This document shows positions 59,001 through 64,000 of a DNA stretch of 64,000 nucleotides, one piece after another (the first letter of the stretch is position 1; each line of letters begins with the position of its first letter). Both the position numbers and the translations under genes were made by a program. The notes below the pieces were generated by a model, which saw only the letters and a list, made by a program, of their open reading frames with translations, was not told the origin of the DNA and did not search any database. This DNA is from Hamiltosporidium tvaerminnensis FI-OER-3-3. Its lineage: Eukaryota > Fungi > Microsporidia. Where the stretch lies: the NCBI GenBank assembly GCA_022605425.2, contig CM061248.1, forward strand, positions 186,001-250,000. Reading direction: 5' to 3'.

Positions 59001-62000
59001 TTATCGATCTATCTAATGAACAACACCCCTTTAATACTACTCCATATAATACTAATACACATCACCCCTTTATTAACACTCTATATAATACACAACACCC
59101 CTTTAATACTACACTTAACCTTTTAAGACTTAAACAACTATTCCTTAAGAATATAACCCTTATTTCTAATAATATATATTTATTAGAATTAACACTTAGT
59201 GTTATTTATAAACTTAATAGTATTGATACGTTATATGTCTTAGTACTTGAATATTATAAAACTATAACGTATAAAGAGGGTAGTAATAGTAGATTAGATA
59301 GTAGTGATATAAAGAGTAGATTAGATAGTAGGGTTAGTAATAGAGAGGGTGATATAAAGAGTAAATTAGATAGTAGGGTTAGTGATAGAGATAGTAGATT
59401 AGATAGTAGTGATATAAAGAGTAATATAAAGGATAATACTATGGATAATACTATGAATAATACTATAAAAGATAATACAATGAATACTATAAAGGATAAT
59501 ACCTGTAGTGTTATACCTCTTTATTATATCTATAAGCTATGTAACAAGCATATAAATAACACCTATAGTAATATAGATAGTAACAGTGTTAGTGACATAG
59601 ATAATAACAATAACAGTAATGGTAGTGGTAATAGTAACACTAAAGGTAGTGGTAATAGTAATACTAATGGTAATAACAATACTATCACTAATACTACTAA
59701 CAATAACCCTACTACTAACAATAACCCTACTACTAATACTACTACAATAACCCTACTAATAATAACACTATTAACCCTACTAATAATAATACCCTTGTTA
59801 AGGTACTGTCTTTACTTTCTGAATTGATAGGAATATCAAGTTATTATTTTAAAGATGAATGGGGTGTTATTTTTAAGATATTAAATATTACTATAAAACA
59901 AAGGGGTTTTAATGATAGTAATTATGATATATTAAGGCTTATTGTTGATAATATAGGGTTTATAAGTGATAGGGGTGTTAAGGAGTGTATAGAGATTATA
60001 AGGGTGTTATGTTATAGTGGTATAGTAGAGGGGGGTGTTAGAGGTATGTTAGAGGGTATAAAGGGTGATAGAGGTATGGATGAGGGTGTAAAGGGTGATA
60101 GAGGTATGTTAGAGGGTGTAAAGGGTGATAGATATGTTAGAGGGTGTAAAGGGTGATAATAGTATGTTAGAGGGTATAAAGGGTGATAGAGGTATGGATG
60201 AGGGTGTAAAGGGTGATAGAGATATGTTAGAGGGTGTTAGGGATAAGGATATGTTAGAGGGTGATAGAGGTATGGATGAGGGTGTAAAGGGTGATAGGGA
60301 TAAGGATATGTTACAGGGTGTAAAGGGTGATAGAGGTATGGATATGTTAGAGGGTGTTAACAACAGTATATATGAACAACAGGGTTTTAACAACAGTACT
60401 TATGAACAACAGGGTTTTAACAACAGTACTTATGAACAACAGGGTGTTAATGAGAGTACTTATGAACAACAGGGTGTTAATGAGAGTACTTATGAACAAC
60501 AGGGTGTTAATGACACTACTAGTAACCATCACCCTGCTAACAACACTACTAATAACTTACACCCCTTTAATAACACATATAACTATCTTCCTATAAATAA
60601 CACCCTTTTAATATCAAATACTTCTAAAAATATTGTGTTAAACTGTCTTTACCTGTTAGATGATATTTCTTTTCATATAAATAATACAGATTCTTCGTTG
60701 TTTTATTGTTATTTTGACTGTCTTATACACTTTATAAGGGATAAAAGGTGTGATGTAATGGATACAGCAGTTAAATGTGTTTATAATAATTTAAGAGGGT
60801 GTTATTCTAAAGAGATGTGGATATATATAAATAATAGGGTGTTATTTAGTATATTAGAAGTAAGTGATATTATATTAAAGGGTGTTAGTATAGAGGATAG
60901 TAATATGGGTATATTTGAGGGTAATAAAGGGGGTGTTAATGATATAGATATGGTAGGGGGTGTTAATAATAGAGGTATGTTAGAGGGGGGTGTTAATATA
61001 CAGGGTAGTAAAAGGGGTGTTAGTAACCATATAGATAAACAACAGGGTGTTAATGACACTACTAATGAACAACAGGGTGTTAATGACACACCTTTTGAAC
61101 AACACCCTGTTAATAACACTACAGTAATAAGACGTGTTAATTCTTTACTCTTTATTATAAATGAAACTAACACCTTTATTACCTCAACACCATATTCTTA
61201 TATAACACCCTTTATTCATAAGTATATATATTTTATACAAAGAGGACTTACAAGTCTTTATAATTTACATAATAAGGATGAAATAGCAGGGGTGTTAATA
61301 AAAGGACTTGAATCTATACTTAAGACTGTTAATAGTGTAAAGGGTGTTAGAGATATAGATATGGTAGGGGGTGTTACTTATAAAGATAGTAAAGAGGGTG
61401 TTACTTATGAAGATATTAAAGAGGGTGTTACTTATAAGGATAGTAAAGAGGGTGTTACTTATAAAGATAGTAAAGAGGGTGTTACCTATAAGGATAATAA
61501 AGAGGGTGTTACTTATAAGTATATTAAAGAGGGTGTTAATAACAGTACTATTAAACAACAGGGTGTTAGTTACAGTACATATAAACAACACCCCTTTAAA
61601 AACACATCATATAAACAACAGGGTGTTAACAACACATCATATAAGCAACACCCTCTTAATAACACATCGTATAAACAACACCCTCTTAATAACACCCCAT
61701 ACACCCATCACCCCTTTAATAACATACCAAGTAATATATTTAATAATAACTTATATACATTAACATGTTCTATTATAAATATAATAGGTAACATTAGTAA
61801 TGACTATAATGAAGAAGTATATATAAATATAATAGGTGTAATTTATAATATACCTTTATATGTAATTATACCTGTTAGTGATAAACTGTTAAATAATATT
61901 TCTAATATTTTATTTTTAGATATTGAAGATGATAGTAACAGGGGTGTTAATAATAGAGAGTATGATATAAAAGGTGTTAATAACAGTACTAATGAACAAC

Positions 62001-63526
62001 GGGGTGTTAACGACTGTACTAATGAACAACAGGGTTTTAACACTAGTACACATGAGAAACACCCTGTTAACAAGACACCATATGAACAACACCCCTTTAA
62101 TACCAATACTACAGATGAACAACACCCCTTTAATAACACTATATATACACATCAGGGTATAACACCCTTACAGCTTTGTATTTTAAGGTATTTAGAATAT
62201 TTAGGAATAAATAACAATATCTTTAATAATAACAGGGTGTTAAATTACTGTAAATGGTTAGATATGTGTAATTATAGTATGTGTTGTTATCTTATGAATG
62301 AAATAAGTAGAATAATTACAAGTAATGGTTATAACAGAAGTATAAAGGATACTAAGGATAACAGTATTATAGATCATGTATTGAATACTAATTGTATTGT
62401 AAGTAATATGAACTCTAAGACTACTGTAGATATCAAGTCCAACCCTACCCTAACCCTAGACAATTGCATAAACAATTCTTCCCTAACCCTAGACACATCT
62501 GTTAACAATACTACCCTAACCCTAGACACTTGCATAAACAATTCTTCCCTAACCCTAGACACTTGCATAAACAATAACCCTTCTTATGTAATATCTACTG
62601 TTATAAAAAGTATAACAAGTCTTATGTTTACTAAGAATATACATTGGGAAAGAGGAATGATTTGTTTAAAAAGAATAAGTAATTGTATAACAGTAAATGA
62701 ATATAAAGATTATTTGGATTGTTGTTATAAAATATTTATTGAAGATAAAGTTAAAGGAGAGGTTAGTTTTGAGAGGAAAAGAGAAAGAATTTTAATTCAG
62801 TATATTGGTGTTTTAGAGGGTGTTATTTATAGGATTTTAGATTGTTATAAGGAAAAGGAGGTAAGGGGTGTTAATGATATAAGGTGTGATGTAAAGGGTG
62901 TTAATAAGGGTAGTAATAAACAACAGGGTGTTAATATAAGTACTGATGAACAACAGGGTGTTAATATAAGTACTAATGAACAACAGGGTGTTAATATAAG
63001 TACTAATACTTATCACCCTTTAGATATAAGTCAAGATGAACAACACCCTTTAGATATAAGTAGTAATATTTATCACCCTCTTAATACCAATACTACACAG
63101 CACCCCTTTAACAATAACAATACTACTTATCACCCTCTTAATTACAATTATAACTTACATGATGATGTTAAAAGAACATTTTTATTGTTAGATAGCATTT
63201 GTGAGGGGGAGGTGTTATTTAGAGACAAATTATCTTTAAGAGTTATAGGGGTGTTATTTAACCATACAGAAATATTAGAAGTAAGAGAAATGGTATGTAG
63301 AAGGGTTAGTAGGGTGTTAAGAAGGTATGTTAAATGTGTTGTTAATCAGTCTATGTCTTATAAGGTAAGAGATATGTGTGTAAGAGTGTTAGAGTGTATG
63401 GAGAGTGTTAAAGATAAGAGTGTTATTGAATGTGTTAAGAAAGAGGTTTTAGATTGTTTGGTTGGAATGGAATGGAGGGTTGTTGATAGTGTTAGAAGGG
63501 TGTTAAGTATAATGTTTAGTGAGTAG
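56036..63526 (+). CDS. MON2: Mon2 (Sec7/BIG-related HEAT-repeat protein), expanded by many repeat inserts; two frameshifts (~59745, ~60131)
   Basis: N-terminal LQTETKKKHPKISEACTEAL...ILLNPF (DCB domain); EWGVIFKIL, LRLIVDNI..CIEII, NIVLNCLYLLDDIS, DKRCDVMDTAV match Mon2 C-terminal motifs in order; CCCCC before ATG. Confidence 0.75.
56950..57095. repeat. Telomere-like (CCCTAA/CCCTA) tract inside the CDS
   Basis: aaccctaaccctaccctaaccctag; also at 58030-58140 and 62438-62565. Confidence 0.85.
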
Positions 63527-64000
63527 GGTTAGAGGGTGTTAAGTATAATGTTTAGTGAGGAGGGTTAGAGGGTGTTAATATATAGTAGTATAGTTAGTAT
63601 TATAAAGGGGTGTTAATATATAGTAGCATAGTTAGATGTTAAAGGGGGTTTAATATATAGTAGTTTGGTTAGTATGATAAAGGGGTGTTATTATAAAGAG
63701 TACTATCTTATTATAAAGGGGTGTTAATATATGGTAGTACTATCCTATGATAACGGGGTGTTATTATAAAGAATACTATCTTATTATAAAGGGGTTTTAT
63801 TATTAATGGTAGTATAGTATGTAGGATAACGGGGTGTTATTATAAAGAATACTATTCTATGTTAAAGAGGTGTTAATATATAGTAGTTTAGTTAGTATGA
63901 TAAAGGGGTGTTATTATAAAGAGTAATATCCTATGATAAAGGGGTTTTATTATAAAGAATACTATCCTATAATAAGGGGGTGTTAATGAAGTATTTCCTC
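63526..64000. repeat. Intergenic ~30-37-bp-period array of GGGGTGTTA motifs downstream of MON2
   Basis: About 14 AGGGGTGTTA(A/T)T motifs; reverse-complement sense of the upstream array. Confidence 0.8.

Noticed and set aside
56902-62574. Many overlapping or antisense ORFs within MON2
   Set aside because: Stop-free alternative frames of the 30-nt repeats

Overview
Very AT-rich, gene-sparse, TE-rich eukaryotic DNA. No introns are evident, and CCC/GGG motifs lie just upstream of several ATGs. This is most consistent with a large-genome microsporidian (Hamiltosporidium-like; inference, not a database result). Housekeeping content: RPC11, a calcineurin-B-like EF-hand protein, ARL2, a WBP2-like GRAM protein, a very long MON2, a 3'-half UBA1 pseudogene, 5S rRNA and tRNA-Leu(TAA). 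Candidate secreted effectors: an N-anchored USP deubiquitinase and three paralogues (one decayed) of a signal-peptide + BTB-like + LRR family that share a promoter motif. Mobile DNA: a DD39D mariner, two hAT elements, three large copies plus fragments of an R4-clade RLE LINE, four RTE-derived SINEs, two tRNA-derived SINEs, and seven copies of an unclassified ~700 bp highly structured repeat. Most unusual observations: (1) polar 30-bp arrays of the quasi-palindrome AACA(GGG/CCC)TGTT inserted in frame in conserved genes, flipping from GGG to CCC at the centre of each array; (2) the structured ~700 bp repeat, one copy of which sits head-to-head with the full-length LINE; (3) the BTB-LRR/USP putative ubiquitin-hijacking effectors. 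Boundaries of degenerate elements are approximate, and some frameshifts may be assembly indels.
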